64,000 nt of DNA from Chiloscyllium plagiosum (Eukaryota). Location: contig NC_057750.1 of assembly GCF_004010195.1 (NCBI RefSeq), positions 15,888,550-15,952,549 of the forward strand, read 5' to 3'. The stretch's first letter is position 1. Each line of letters begins with the position of its first letter. Below are positions 38,051-52,649 of the stretch, piece by piece. The notes under the pieces were generated by a model, which was given only the letters and a program-made list of their open reading frames with translations, was not told where the DNA came from and did not search any database. Position numbers and translations under genes: made by a program.

Positions 38051-38979
38051 CCTCTGATGCTGGTGGCAGCAAAACAGAGGTCAAAGTGCATCATGGCCAC
38101 ATTCAGGTGAGCCCAGCAGTGAGAGATGTTGACTCTGACACTGGTGGGTGCAACACAAGTTGTGGCAGGTGGTGGTGAAAGAGAATCAGCCGAAAGATGG
38201 CACCTGAAGAGTGGCGACTTCGATGTTGGTTGGGTCCGGTGTAGACAGCAGTGAGATGTTGGAGAAGGGATGGTGACGTGGGTGTCATTGATAATGAGCT
38301 AGCTCAGGACTGATGGACTTTGGACTATACCTTTCTTCTTTTTTCTTATTTTTAAACTATTCAAAATGGCGCCAGATTGTGGCAATTGTGGAAATTTTCA
38401 CTGTATTTTACAGTTTTTCTTGCTGTGAAAATATACGTGATGATAAAATCATTCATTCCTTCATTCCAACCCACCCCACCCCCGTGACACTTGCTGACCC
38501 ATAGTCACTACACTCTGCTTCTTGGCTCAGTGGGTACAACCACATTTCTTTATTTCATGACTGGTATCACCACCATCAATTTAAGAGTTTTTTTATTCTT
38601 AATTCAGAAATTTTAAAAGTCAGGTTATGTTTTAGAAGTCTCTTTTTTTACATTGCAAAGTTTTTTTTTTGAAAAGCCGAACAGTTTCTTTTTAAAATAA
38701 GCAATTGTGATTTTGTTCTGGAGAGTCCGGTTAGCTCTGGAGAACATCTATTTTTTCCTTCACGGCATTTATTGAAGGGGAATAATTTTTATTCATTTAA
38801 TCAGTTAAGTGGTTGATTTTATTTGTTTTATATGTTCGATATATATATTTTTAACTTTTTTCCATTTTAACATTTTCGGTAGGTTATAAAGGATAGTTTG
38901 TTTTATGTATGAGGTGTGATTGAAACCTTTTTTAGGCTTAATGTTATTAAGGCCATAAGATATAGATGCGATGGCTAGT

Positions 38980-41180
38980 AGATTTAGAAACGTTATTATA
39001 CAGCAGGATCAGTCAGATACATGGGTAACTGTCAGGAAAGGGAGAAAGGTAGTTCAGAAGTCTCTGGTGACTATTCCTCTATCAAATAAATATTCAGTTT
39101 TTGAAACTGTTGAAGGGGGTAGTATCTCTGAGGAAAATAGAAGGGCCAATCAGTTATTGGACACTTGGACTGATTCTTATGTTCAGCAGCGTTTGACAAG
39201 ATTTAATAAAATTACTGTTATGGGGACTGTCCTGTCAGGAGCATAGGCAGGAGATTCTGTGGCAGTGAGTGTAAATTTAGGATGGTTTGTTGCTTTCCTG
39301 GTGCTAGGATTAAGGAGGTCTCTAAATGTTTCAAGCATATTGTTAAATGTGAGATTAAGAAGCCAGAAATTATTGTACACATTGGTAGGAATGACATTAT
39401 TAGGGAAAAGATTAAAGCAGTACAGAGTTAATTTAAGAGGTTAGGTAGAGATTAAAAAATAAAATCTTAGAAATAGCCATTTCTGGTTTACTCCCAATGC
39501 TAAATTCAAACGAGGGAAAGAACAAAAGGTTAAAGGAGATAAATCAATGCTTGAACAGCTGGTGTATTGTTCAGGAATTCAGGTTTTTGGACAATTGGAA
39601 TGTCTTATGGGATAGAAAAAAGTTTGGTTCAAAGGATGGGTCGAACCACAGCTGGAAAGGGATCAATATTTTAGCAGGGAGATTTGCTCATTCTATTAAG
39701 GAAGATGTTATACTGATTGAGAAGGTGAATGGAGGAATTCTAAGTAGCAGCGTAAGTGGAAGGATTGATGGGGAAGGTTCTGAATTTGAGGAGATCATTT
39801 AGATTAGAAAAGAAAGACAAGCTAGTCAAAGCGTGTAGTAACTCTGAAGAACTGAATTGCGGTTATTTCAATGCAAGGGGACTTACAGGTAAGGCTGATG
39901 AACTCAGAGCTTGCTTAAGATCATGATATTGGGACGTCATAGCTCTTACAGAAACTTAACTGAGAAATCGACAAGACTGGCAGCTCAGTAATCTGGGTTT
40001 TAAATGCTATAGGGTGATAGAAAAGGAGGCAAGAAAAGGGGGCGGTGTAGTGAGCGATGGCATTTTGATTAAGGATTACATTACTGCTGTAACTGTGGAA
40101 GATATTTCTGAAACATCTTTCAATGAAAATATGTGGGTAGCAATGAGAAATAAGAAAGGGAAGATCACTTTAGGACTGTACTGTAGGACCCCAATAGAGA
40201 AGTTGAGAAACAAAAATGTAGGGAGATCTCAAATATATGTAAGCATAATAAGGTTGTAATAATGGGGGATTTTAATTTTCCAAACATTGACTGTGACTAC
40301 CATAGTATTAAAGGTTTGGATGGTGAAGAATTTGCCAAATGTGTTCAAGTAAATTTTCTTTATCAATATGTGGATGCTCTTACGAGAGAAGGAGCAAAAC
40401 TCGACCTTCTTTGGGTAATAAGGCAAGGCAGGGGGGAATACTTTGAGTGCAGTGATCAAAATTCTATTACTTTCAAAATGGTTATGAAAAAGAATAAGCC
40501 TTCCATAAAAGTTAAAGTTTTCAATTGGAGTAGGGCAAGTTTTATTGGTATGAGACAGGAACTTTCAAAAGTTGTTGGGAGTAGACTGTTCTCAGGTAAA
40601 GGGATGTGGGAAGTGTTCAAGAGCGTGATGATGAGCTCAGAAGCATTTTGTTCCTATTAGAGTGAAGGGTAAGGCTGGTAAGATTTAGGAACAATGGATG
40701 AATGAAGATTCTAGAGGTTCTAGTCAAGAATAAAAAAGAATCGTATTTTAGATGTAGACAACTTGGTTCAATTGAATCTCTTAATCAATATAAAAAGTGT
40801 AGGGGCATTCTTAAGAGAGGAATCAGGACGGCAAAGAGGGGATATGAGATATCATTGACAGATAAGGTGAAGGATAATCCAAAGACATTCTACAAATATA
40901 TTAAGAGCAAGAGGGTAACGAGAGAGAGGATAAGGCCTCTTAAAGATCAAGGAGGTCATCTTTGTGTTGAATCCCAGGACTTGGCAGAGATACTAAATGA
41001 ATATTTTGCATCAGTTTTTACTGTGGAGAAAGAAATTAAGTCTAGAGAATGCAGAGAAATAAACTTTGATGTTTTAAAAATAGTTACAGAAAAGAAGGTT
41101 GGGGAGGTCTTAGAGAATATAAATGTGGATAAATCTCCAGGACCTGATCTAATGTATCACAGAACATTGTGGGAAGTAGC
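38980..41180 (+). mobile_element. Degenerate CR1 5' half (ORF1 esterase-like plus APE endonuclease)
   Basis: IPLSNKYSV, FRFLDNW..W..DG, YFNARGL..KADEL, MGDFNFPNID, KDNPKTFYKYIKSKR and KSPGPD motifs, with many stops. Confidence 0.85.
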
Positions 41181-41613
41181 AATTTGTCCTGAGGCTGAGA
41201 TGATTTATTTTACAACAGCCACAAGCATCATCATTTTTGTGCTAAGCATGACTCCAACAAGTGAAGCGTTTTATCTTGATTCCCATTGACTTAGTTTTGC
41301 TGGGGCTCCTTGATGATACTGTTAGTCAAAGCTGCCTTGGTGTCAAGGATTGTCATTTGCACCTCACCACAAGTTCAGTTCTCTCTTCCATGTTTGGACC
41401 AAACCTGTATTAAGATCAGAAGCCAAACAATGGTGAACAGGTTATTATTGTGTAAGTGTTACTTGATAGCACTATTGAGACTAGATTAATGGAATGGTAC
41501 TTGGCTGGTTTGGATTTGTCTTGCTTTTTGTGGATAGAATGTGCCTGACAACTTGACACATGTTGGGTAGAAGCCAGTGTTTAAGTTGAACTTAAGCAGC
41601 TTGACTAAGTGTA

Positions 41614-41832
41614 CAGGTCATTCTTTTATAAAGTGATGGTTGCGTTCTTGTGCAACCCCGTGTTATAGAAAAAGCATGCTTTAGAAACAGCGCTTATAGT
41701 GCTGGTGATGTAATCACGTTCCAGCCAACACTTGTATTAAAAGTTCACACTTCAGAAACCGTGTCCCCAATTCGTCAATCACGTTACAGCGAAGTCGCGT
41801 AAATGAAATACGCGTTATGGCAGAACGATCTG
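41614..41832. mobile_element. Tigger-like MITE
   Basis: Imperfect TIRs caggtcattctt / agaacgatctg with TA flanks; 5' end resembles the 27131 element. Confidence 0.65.
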
Positions 41833-43664
41833 TAATACCAATTTTAGAGTGCAAGTCCTCAGTACTATTGTCAGGCCTTAGCCTTTGCTGTATCCAGAGA
41901 CTTCAGCTGTTCCTGATATTGTGGATTGAATGCAATTGGCTTAAGACTGATAATAGTGGTACCAGGGAACTCAGGAGGTTGTATTGAATTATCCACTTAA
42001 TGCTTTTGGCTGAAGTTAGTTACAAATGCTTCAACCATGTCTTCGTCATTTTCAGAATCCTGAAATGTTTTCTGTGGTCACGAATTCTATATTCTCACTT
42101 TAACTGTTCAGGGTTGTGGGTGGAGGTGGGGGGAATGTGGCAAGATATGTCTAAAAATCATAAAGGTGGTAACACAAACTGAGAAGATTGACAGCTTTTT
42201 TCAGCTAGATTGCATTAACATGAATAAAATCTTTTTAAAAATTGTCAAGAGAAGTAAGAACTGTTTTTGTATTGTAGGAATAAAAGAATAGCCAGTATGT
42301 TGCATGTTATTTGTTCAATTTATTAATTTTATATAAACATTGTCATGCTATGAATAAACTGCTTGAGTGGTGTTGATATTGTCTCTGGATTGAGAAACAC
42401 GTTTTTAGGCCAGCAACCATTATTGTTTCTAAATTATTCTCAATGTTTTACTAGCTATTTTTTAATCATGAGGTTCATTAGGCTAAAATATTGCCCTGAT
42501 TCTCCATATTTCAAGTCAATTGTTTTAAAGATTGTCGTCATTGGTTTCAAATTTTATATCTGCCATGGTGGGATTCAAACTTGTGTCCTCAGAACATTAC
42601 CCTGGGGATCCAGATTAATTGTCCAGTGACATTACCACTATATAATCACCTTGCATAATATCAAACTATAAGTGACAAATGCATCTCAGTAATAGTGTGA
42701 AATGACTATTGGATCTTGGTACAGCACTAGTGTTTTGTTTCGGAATGATACAATGGGGCTGAACTTCAGGTTATTAGAATTAAAAATAAGAAAATGCTAG
42801 AAATGAAAACAGATTATCATATCTGAAAGAAGGGGATAGGGTAATAATTTAAGTGGGGCCCATTCATCCAATGATGCCAAATGCTAGCCTGTTTTATTTT
42901 CAGATACTGTCTGCCATCCTGTGCACATCGAGCATTTTCTGTTCTTGTTTCAGATTTGTAGCAATCGCAATTGTTTTACTGCATTTAGGCATGTTTAGCA
43001 AGTCAAGTAGGATGCCGGATAACTCATACCCAACAGAGACTGAAGGGTTCACAATCCACTTGTATTCTGTTTTAGTTCAGTATGGGTCAGCTTCTGCATT
43101 GTCAGCCTATAGAGATACTAAATTATCAGTGTACAGTACATGATATAGAGGTGTCTTTCACATGAAAGGTCAACAGTGACAACTTAATTGCTGCACACTT
43201 ATTGAGAGAGAATTTACCATCATACACATTTAGATGTTCACAGGACATAAAGAGACATTCAGTCCATTATATTTACCCCAGTCAACAAGATCTGGCTATA
43301 CTAGTCCTATTTACTAGCTCTTAGCCCACAGCCTGGAGGTTGTGGCATCACAAGCAAGTATCCAAATACTATTAAAGTATTGCAAGAGTTTCTGATACAA
43401 CTGTCAAGGCAGTGAGTTGTAGACTGACCACCTAGATGCAATTCCATGCCTTGTTACTCCTCTCCAAGTGCAGTATCTTTATTTTGTTCACTAATGGGAA
43501 TTTGACATTGCTGACTAGGCTAGCATTTACTGCCCATCCATAGTTGCCCTTAAAACGGTGGTGGTCAGCTTCCTTCATGAATCACTGCAGTTTATTTGCT
43601 GTCAGTAAACCCACGGTGCTGTTAGGGAGGGGGTTCTAGGATTTGACCCCCGTAACACTGAAGG

Positions 43665-43972
43665 GATGGCACGGTGGCACAATGATTAGCACTGCTGCCT
43701 TACAGCACCCGGGTTCAATTCCCGCCTCAGGCAACTTCTGTGTGGAGTTTGCACATTCTCTCTGTGTCTGCGTGGGTTTTCTCCGGGTGCTCCGGTTTCC
43801 TCCTACAGTCCAAAAATGTGCAGATTAGGTGAATTGACCATGCTGAATTGCCCGTAGTGTTAGGTGAAGGGGTAAACGTAGGGGAATGGGTCTGGGTGGG
43901 TTGCTCTTTGGAGGGTCGGTGTGGACTTGTTGGGCCGAAGGGCCTGTTTCCACACTGTATGTAATCTAATCT
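43665..43972 (+). mobile_element. tRNA-derived SINE (HE1-like) inside a minus-strand LINE 3' end (about 43490-44470)
   Basis: SINE head and tail; imperfect TSD taacactgaagg / taatactgaagg. Confidence 0.82.
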
Positions 43973-44483
43973 AATACTGAAGGAACAATGATATATTGCC
44001 AAATCAGGATGGCATGCAGCTTGGAAGAGGAGCTTTCAATTGGTGGTGTACCCCTGTATCTGCTGGTAGTGGTAGTAGGTTTTGTATGCGCTATCAAAGA
44101 AGATTGCCTTGGAGAATATCTCAGTGCATCTTAGAGATGGTACATACTGCTGCTGCTGAGCATCAGTGGTGGATGGAGGGAATGAATGTTTGTGGATATT
44201 GTGTAAATCAAGCAGCTTCTTTGTCCTGAATAGTGTCAAGCTTCTTGAGTTTTGTTGGAGTCGCACTCATTTAGGCAACTGGGGAGTATTCTATCATACT
44301 CCTGACTTGTACCTTGTAAATGGACAGACTTTGTGGAGTCAGGAGGTAAGTTATTTACTGCAGGATTCTAGCATTTAACCTGCTGTTTTAACCACAGTAT
44401 TTATATGGCTAGTATAGTTCAGTTTTTGCTCAATGGTAATCCCCAGGATTAAGATAGTGATGGCAATGCCATTGAATGTCAAG

Positions 44484-44607
44484 GAGAAAGTGAGGTCTGC
44501 AGATGCTGGAGATCAAAGTTGAAACTTTATTGCTGGAACAGCACAGCAGGTCAGGCAGCATCTAGGGAACAGGAGATTCGACGTTTCGGGCACAGGCCCT
44601 TCTTCAG
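44484..44607 (-). mobile_element. 124-bp Penelope family-B terminal mini-element
   Basis: 10-bp TSD gaatgtcaag at 44474-44483 and 44608-44617; carries the intact hammerhead. Confidence 0.8.
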
Positions 44608-44611
44608 GAAT
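44576..44611 (-). ncRNA. Minimal type-I hammerhead ribozyme motif (Penelope-derived), apparently intact
   Basis: Minus strand reads attc CTGAAGA a gggc ctgt gccc GAAA CG TC gaat: 4-bp stem I, canonical core, 4-bp stem II, palindromic ACGU stem III, GUC site. Confidence 0.75.
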
Positions 44612-44624
44612 GTCAAGAATTGAT

Positions 44625-47600
44625 GTTTTCTGGATTGAGTTCCATTTGCCACTCTCAGCTCTGCTGAACCGACCAGTTTGTTAGTATCCTCCTGTAATCT
44701 GTGGCTATTCTCAACATTGTTTGCTACCTAGGAGAAAGTGAGGATTACAGATGCTGGAGATCAGAGTCAAAACGTGTGGTGCTGGAAACAAAACGCCGAC
44801 TCTCCTGCTTCTCGGATGTTGCCGGACCAGTTGTGTTTTTTCAGCACCATGCTGTTTGCCACTGACTCGACTTTTGGATCATCTGGAAACTTCTTGATTA
44901 TATCCTGTACATTTAAATCCAGATCATTAATGTACCCAACAAACAGCAAGGGACCCATCACCGAACTCTACAGAACCCCACAAACAGATTCCAGTCACAA
45001 AATATCCCTCTACCATCACCCTCGGCCTTTTAGCCAATTTTGGATTCAGTGTGCCACTTTGCCTTGGATCCCATAGGCTCTTAATTTCTTGACCACTCTG
45101 TCATGAGGGACCTACCAAATATCTTACTGAATTCCACGTAGAACACGCCAAATGCTTCAGCAACACTCCTGGTTACCACCTCAAAATATTTAATCATATT
45201 TGTCAAACACAACCTTCTTTTGACAAATCCATGCTGACTGTGCCTGATCAATCTATGCCTTTCCAAGTGCAGATGTAATCTGTCCCTCATTTCTTTCTAA
45301 TAACATCCCACCACTGAGGTCAGGCTGTCTGGCCTGTAATTTCCTGGTCTGTCCCTTTCTTTTTTTAAATAATAGGACAATGTTACCAGCCCCCCCAGTT
45401 CTTTGGCACCTCACCTATGGCTAGAAATGATTTGAAAATTACTTTTGGGCCCCTTGATATTTCATTCTCCAACAAATTGGGATGCATCTCATCCAGGCTT
45501 CTGGATTTATCCAATTTTGCTAAACCTCTAATACCTCTTGTCTGTATAATTTCTTCTAACATTTCACAGTCCTCCACCCTGATGTCTATACCTGCATTGT
45601 CCTTTTAGTCCTTGAATACCTCCCACTGCTCTGACATTCTTGTAGCTGCTCCTAGTCCTCCTTAGGAACTTGTATCATAACTTAATAAAATTGGCCTTTC
45701 TCTAATTTAGAACTTCTTTTCATAATCTTCAACCTACTTGGGTCCATATCCAAGTATTGGGTCCAGAACTGTCCCCTCCATTACTGGTTAATAAGGTTCT
45801 CCTGGATGCAGTGTAAGAATATTGCTCCCTCCCTACTTTGCATACTAAAACAATCCCAGTTAATATTTGAATAGTTAATATCTCTGACTATTCGTGCTTT
45901 GATTAATACTATAGTGCTACTATTATGACGCTATTCTGAAATGAGATAACACATCTGATCCTCTACCTCTTCCTGATTGTTTGGGGCCTGTTGTACATCC
46001 CCAACAATTTGTTTCCCCTTTTGTGCTTTTCTTCTTCTAACGATGTGCCCTTATTTGAAGATCTTCCAAGATATTATCCCTCCTCGCTGCTATAATTGAT
46101 TCCTTGATCAATGTTGCGACAAGACCCTTTCTGTTCTATGCTCCTCTTGATGTTGTCTGAATACCCTATGACCAGGATTATTGAGCTTCCAATCCTACCC
46201 ATCTTTCAGCTTAGTCTTAGGCATAGTTGGAGTGAGAGGGATCAAAGGGTATGGGGTGAAAGTGGGAACAAGGTATGGAGTTGGATGTTCAGTCATGACA
46301 ATATTGAATGGTGGATGAGGCTCAAATGGCCCACTCCGTTACTATTTTCTATGTTGCTTTGTTACTCTTATCAACACTTCTATTACCCTGTCAAAAAACT
46401 CCAGGAAGTTAGTACAATGTAATTTCCCATTTTGAAATCTGTGCTGACTGTTCCTAATGAACTCACCTTTTTCCAGGTTATTACTAATTCTGTTCTGAAT
46501 AATTTTGTCCAGCTGTTTACCCATCACAAAAGTTAAATTTACTGGTTTGTGATTTCTGGAATTATCTTTCTTGAGTGAGACTGTAATGTTTGCAATTCTC
46601 CTGTCTTCTGGCACCTCCCCCACGTCCAGGGAAGAGTGAAGAATTATGGGTAATGTGTGTGCAATTTCTACTCTTTTTTTTCTAAATCCTCCCACATATC
46701 TCATCTGGTCCTAGTACCTTGTCAACTTAGATGCCAACAAACTATGCAATCGTTCTTTCTTATTTATTTTGAACCCTCCTAGTTACAGAATTACCTCCTT
46801 TGTCGCTATGGCCTGGACAGCATCCTCCTGTTTTGTAAAGACACATGTAATTAACGTTCAGCAACATGCCGGCCTCCAGGCATTTGGCATGTTTGCCTTC
46901 ATTGCTCAGTCTTTTGAGTATAGGATTTGGGAAATCATGTTGAGATTGTACAGGATATTGATGAGGCCTCTTCTGGAATACTGTTTCTAGTTCTGGTTGC
47001 CGAGTTATAGAAAGGATATTATTAAACTGGAGAGGGTTCAGAAGAGATTTGCCAGGATGTTGCCTGGTGTGGAAGGATTGATTTATAAAGAAAGGCTGGG
47101 ACTTATTTTCACTGGAGAGTAGGAGGTTGAGAGGTGACCTGATAGAATATTTTTTGTTATTCATTCTTTAGGTGAGGGTGTTGCTGACAGGGTCAGCATT
47201 TATTGCCCATTTGCCCAGAGGACAGTTAAGTGACAAAATCAGGAGAGATACAGATGGAGTTAATAGTAGTTGCCTTTTCCCTAGGATGGTGGATTTCACG
47301 ACTGTGCGGCACATTTTTAGGGTGAGAGGAGAGAGATTTAAAAAAGATGAGAGGCAATTTTTTTACACAGGGTGGTTTGTGTGTGGATTGAACTTCCTAA
47401 GGAAGTGGTGGATGTGGGTACAATTACAACATATAAAGGAATTTGGATAAGTACATGGATAGGAAAGGTTTGGAGGGATATGTGCCAGGAACAGGCAAGT
47501 GGGACTAGTTTAGTTTGAGATTATGTTCAGCATGAACTGGTTGGACTGAAGGGTCTGGTTCCGTGCTGTATGATTTTATGTGTATCCTCTATTTGGTCAC

Positions 47601-49940
47601 TGACTGGCTTACTCCTTTAGCCCCTCTCTTATTCTTTATATGCCTACAGATGACTTTGGAATTACTCTTCATGTTCGATATTTCCTTCTTGTTTATCTTT
47701 GGGTTTTTTTATTTTCCACATTCCCCTAAACCTTCAGTATTCCTGTTGATTCTCTATTTAGTTTCTGCCTTACTCTTGTCATAAGCAAACTTTTTTAAAT
47801 GTTAATTTTTACCTCCTTTGTCGTCCAGGGAACTCGTGATTTGTTTATCTTAGCTTTTCTATTACAGGACATATATCTTGACTTTATCCAACCAGTCAGC
47901 TCTTTGAAGGTGGCGCATTGTTCAGTTATTGCTTTTCCCACCAACCCTTTATTCCAATTGATCCTGCTCAACTCTGTTCTTGTCTCATTTAAGTCGGACG
48001 TCTGCCAATTGATTTTTGTTACTTTGGATTATTGCATGTCATTTTCCAACACCATCCTCAGCCTTATATAGTGATCTATGTTTCCTAAGTGATCAATTGA
48101 CATTTGATCCACTTGACCAATCTCATTTTTAAGGACCAGGTCCAACCTGGCAGTGGTATAATAAAAATGTCACTTGTCTTGTAGCCTCGGGTAATGCTTT
48201 GAAGACATGAGTTCAAATCCCACCACAGCAACTGATGGAGTATGTAATCAGGAATTGGAGGTCAGTCTCAGTAATGGTCACCAGAATAATTATTCAGGCG
48301 CCAGAGTGGTTCAGTGGTTAGTATTGCTGCCTCACAGTGCCAAGGATCCAGGTTTGATTCCACCCTCGGACGACCGCCTATGTGGAGTTTGCACATTCTC
48401 CCTGTGCCTTGATAGGTTTCCTCTGGGTGCTCCAGTTTCCTCTTGCAGTCAAAGGATGTGCAGTGAGGTGGATTGGCCATGGGAAATGCAGGGTTACAGG
48501 AATAGAGTAGGGGGGTGGGTTGGGTGGAATGCTTTTTTGGAGGGTCAGTGTGGACTCGATGGGCTAAATGGCCTGCTTCTACACTATAGGATTCTATGTG
48601 AGTCCTCATTCCCCAAACTGCAACACAGTGGGGAACTATTACAAAAATTGCTGAGGACTGAGACCATAAGATACAGAAGCAGAATTAGGCCATTTGGCTG
48701 ATCATGTCTGCTGCACCATTTGATATGTGGCAGATATATTTTTCAATTCCATTCTCCTGGCTTATCCCATAACCCTTGATCCACTTACGAATCAAGCTCC
48801 TATCTATCTCTGTCTTAAAAACACTCAATGACTTGGCCTCCAAAGCGTTTTGCGGCAATGAGTTCCTCAGATTAACTACCCTCTGGCTGAAAAAAATTCC
48901 TCCTCATCTCAGTTCTAAAGGGTTGTCCCTTCACTCCGAGGCTGTACCCTTGGGTCCTAGTCTCTTCTACTCATGGCAACATCTTACTGATGTCCACTCT
49001 TTCAAGGCCATTTCAGTATTCTGTAAGTTTCAATTAAATTTTTCCTCAGCCTTCTAAACTCCCAGAGAGTGCAGACCCAAAGTCGTTAACTGCTCCTCAT
49101 ATGAAAAGCTTTTCATTCCTGGGAACATTCTTGTTAGTCTCCTCTAGAACCCCTCCAATGCCAACACAGCCTTCCTTGGATATGGGGCCCAAAACTGCTC
49201 TCAATATTCCAAATGGAGTCTGACCAGAGCCTTACACAGCCTCAGCAGTACATCTCTACTCTTGTGTTCTTGCCCTCTTGAAATGAATACTCACATTGCA
49301 TTTGTCTTCCTAACTGCCAAATGAATCTGCATGACAACCTTAAGAGAATCTTGAACTCGGAGTCCCAAGTCTCTTTGTGCTTCATATTTCCAAAGCCTTT
49401 TCCCATTTGAAAAATAGACTATGCCTCTATTCTATCTGTGAAAGTGCAGAACCCCACACTTACCCACATAGTATTCTATCTGCCTTTCTTTGTCCGTTCG
49501 CCTAGCCGGTCCCAGTCCTCCTTTAGCTTCCCTGCTTTCTCAACACTACCTGTCCCTCCACTATCTTTTATGTTGTCTGCAAACTTAGCAATAATGCCCT
49601 CAGTTTCTTTGTCCAGATTATTAATGTATAATCGGGCAGCATGGTGGCTGAATGGTTAGCACTGCTGACTCACAGTGCCAGTGACCCAGGTTCGATACCA
49701 CTCTCGAGTGTCTATTTATGTGGAGTTATGTGCTTCAGTTTCCTCTGACAGTCCAAAAATGTGCAGGTAAGGTGGATTGGCTATGCTAAATTGCCCATAG
49801 TATCCAGGGATGTGCAGGCTAGTTGAGCTTAGCCAAAGGAAATACAGGGTTACAGGGATAGGGTATTGGGTGGAGTTTGATGGGCCAAATGGCCTGCTTC
49901 CACATTGTAGGTATTCTATGTGAATAGTTGTAATCCCAAC
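44625..49940. mobile_element. Patchwork of CR1 fragments and SINEs
   Basis: Minus-strand CR1 RT pieces (SQHGFVK, PEDRRIANIT), plus-strand CR1 at about 46875-47580, minus CR1 at about 48660-49940, and SINEs at about 48295-48597 and 49633-49920. Confidence 0.7.
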
Positions 49941-50359
49941 ACAAGATACAATGGAAGTTGAAGAGAGGGCAGAACCCATTGCCCAAGAAGTGTATCCTCT
50001 GTACCTAAAGGCTCGTATATCCTGGATTGTCCTGCTGAATCACCTGAGGAGACATGAATCGTGAAACCTGGTAGATGTCAATTGCATTTCAAGACACTGA
50101 CAATAATGATAAAATGAAAGATCCCACAGAACCATTTCAAAGACGAGATGATGAATTCTCCCTGATGTATATTTAACCCTCAATCAATATTACTTAAAAG
50201 ACAAGTTATCTGGTCTGTTATATTGGCACTTGCAAGTTTTTGATATGTGCAAGATGGATGTTCTATTTTCTACATTGCAAGACTTTAAAAAATTATCTTG
50301 ATTGTAATGAGGTTGAAGAATTGTCTTGATATTGTGAAAGGCATAATATTAAATGCCTA

Positions 50360-52440
50360 ATGGATGTTAGTTAGCTTGCTCAGGTGGAAGATTTGTTTTC
50401 AGATGTTTTATCACCATGACTAGGTAATATCATCAGTGTGAGTCTCTGGTGACATGCTGTTAATATTTCCCGCCTCTCTATTTATTTGTCTTGGTTTCTT
50501 TTGGTGGGTGATGTTATTTCCTATTTTTTTCAAGGAAAGGTAGATGGGATCTAAATCGATGTGTATATTGATGGAGTTCCAATTAGAATGCCAGGCCTCT
50601 AGGAATTCTTGTGCGTGTCTTTGTTTTGCTTGTCCTAGGACATGTGTTTTGCTTAGTGAAAGTGGTGTCCTTCTTTGTCTGTAAGTATGGAAACTAGTGA
50701 TAATAGGTTGTGCCTTTTGGTGTCTAGTTGGTGTTCATGTATCCTGGTGGCAAGTTTCCTGCTTGTTTGTCTGATGTCGTGTTTTTTACAGTTCTTGCGT
50801 GGTATTTTGTAAATGATGTTAGTTTTGCTGGTGGTATGTATTGGATCCTTTAGGTTCATTAGTTGCTGTTTAAGTGTATTGGTAGGTTTGTGGTTACCAT
50901 GATGCCAAGGGGTCTGAGTAGTCTGGAAGTCATTTCTGAGATGTCTTTGATGTAAAGTAATGTGGCTATAGTTTTTGATTGAGTTGTGTCTGCTTGTTTG
51001 GGTTTGTTTCTAAGAATCGGTGGATTGTGTTTGTTGGGTACCCATTTTTCTTGAAAACGTATGGTTATTTTTCTTCTGTTTTAATTCTTGGGTGCTGCAG
51101 TGCGATGTATCTCGTTGAAATAATGTCTTGATGCAGCTCCGTTTGTAGGTGTTCAGATTATTGCTTCTGAAGTTAAGTATTTGGTCTGTGTTTGTTGTTT
51201 CTCTGTCGACGCTGGTTTGAAGCACTTCAGTAACTGTATGTTCAACTGTCATGTCTAGGAATGGGAGTCTGTTGTTGTTCTCCTCCTCTTTTGTGAATAT
51301 TATGCCTGTCAGGATATTGTTGATGGTGTTGTATATTTCCTCTAATTTGTTCCATTGTGTGATGACAAAGGTGTCATCCACATAGCCGACCTAAAGTTTG
51401 CGTTGGATAGATAGGAGGGCTGCTTATTCTAGTCTCTGCATTACTGCTTCTGCTATGAACCTTGATATTGGAGATGTTCCGTTGATTTGTTTGCAGGTTT
51501 TGTTATTGAATGTGAAGTGGGTGGTGAGGCACTAGCTTGATGATGGTGTCTTTGCTGATGATGTTGGTGCTGTCTGGTGTTTGTGGGCCTGGTTTTTCTA
51601 GTCGTAATGCCAGTGTTTCTTTGGCCAAGTCGATGTTAATTCATAGAATTATAGAATCCCTACAGTGTGAAATCAGGCCCTTCAGCCCAACAAGTCCACA
51701 CCGACCATCTGAACAGCGTCCCACCCAAACTCTATTACTCTACATTTACCCTTGAGTAATGCACCTAACTGACACATCCCTGAACACTATGGACAATTTA
51801 GCATGGCCTATTCACCTAAGCTGCACATCTTTCAATTGTGGGAGGAAACCGGAGCACCCAGAGGAAACCCTGCAGACAGGGAGAATGTGCAAGTTCCACA
51901 CAGACAGTCATCTGTGGCTGGAATCGAACCCGGGTCCCTGGCGCTGTGAGGCACCAGTGCTAACCACTGAGTCATGTGAAAAGGGCTGTAACATCAAAGG
52001 AGACCATTATTTCGTCCTCTTCTATCTTGGAGTCTTTGGTATTCAGGAATTCTTCGGTGGAGTGAATGGAGTCGCGTGAATCTTCAATTAGGTGGGGTTT
52101 AGTTTTTGGTGGAGTTCCTTGATTCATCTGTATTTTGGTGTACCAGATAGAGGGACAATGGGTCTGAGGGGGGCCCCAGGTTTTATGTGTTTTTGGTAAT
52201 TTGTCGAGGCGTGGTGTGTTGGATCCATCTGTTTTCATATTTTGGCAGTCTGATCTGTTTAATTCTCCATCCCGTTATCAAGGATGAGATTCTGTTATGT
52301 AGTTGTGGGGTTGGGTCTGCTGATAAGTGTTGGTATCTGCAAGCAGAGCATTTGCTTTATTGAGATAGTCTGATTTGTTTAGAATAACAGTCATGCATCC
52401 CTTGTCTGCAGGTAGGATAACAATGTTTTTGTCTTATTAA
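50360..52440 (-). mobile_element. Penelope family A, long RT plus GIY-YIG remnant with nested SINE (about 51640-51972)
   Basis: IVILPADKG, MVSFDVTALFT, YVDDTFVI, FTKEEENNNRLPFLD and IIYKIP..C...I.QT.RKL motifs. Confidence 0.88.
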
Positions 52441-52546
52441 CTGCCTTATTCTTTGTTTGCACTGTAATATTTTTAAATATATCATAAAGTAGTCTTAGCA
52501 AGCCATTATAGTTTAGCATTTCTATTAACTCTGTTACAACTTACAG

Positions 52547-52649
52547 TATGGTAAAAGAAAAGAGTTTTGTTGGCGGATGATTCGTGCCTACAGTGATATG
52601 ACCCAGCTGACAGAAGATAAAGAAACACAGAAATGTTATGCTTTGGCTG
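52547..52649 (+). CDS. RMDN3: RMDN3-like coding exon C (TPR region), 103 nt
   Basis: Acceptor ttacag|TAT, phase 0. Encodes YGKRKEFCWRMIRAYSDMTQLTEDKETQKCYALA (cf. [34 protein letters not shown]). Donor G|GTAAGA, phase 1. Confidence 0.95.

Noticed and set aside
15160..51972. tRNA-like A/B-box sequences as tRNA genes
   Set aside because: They are SINE heads followed by a SINE body and CR1-like tail.
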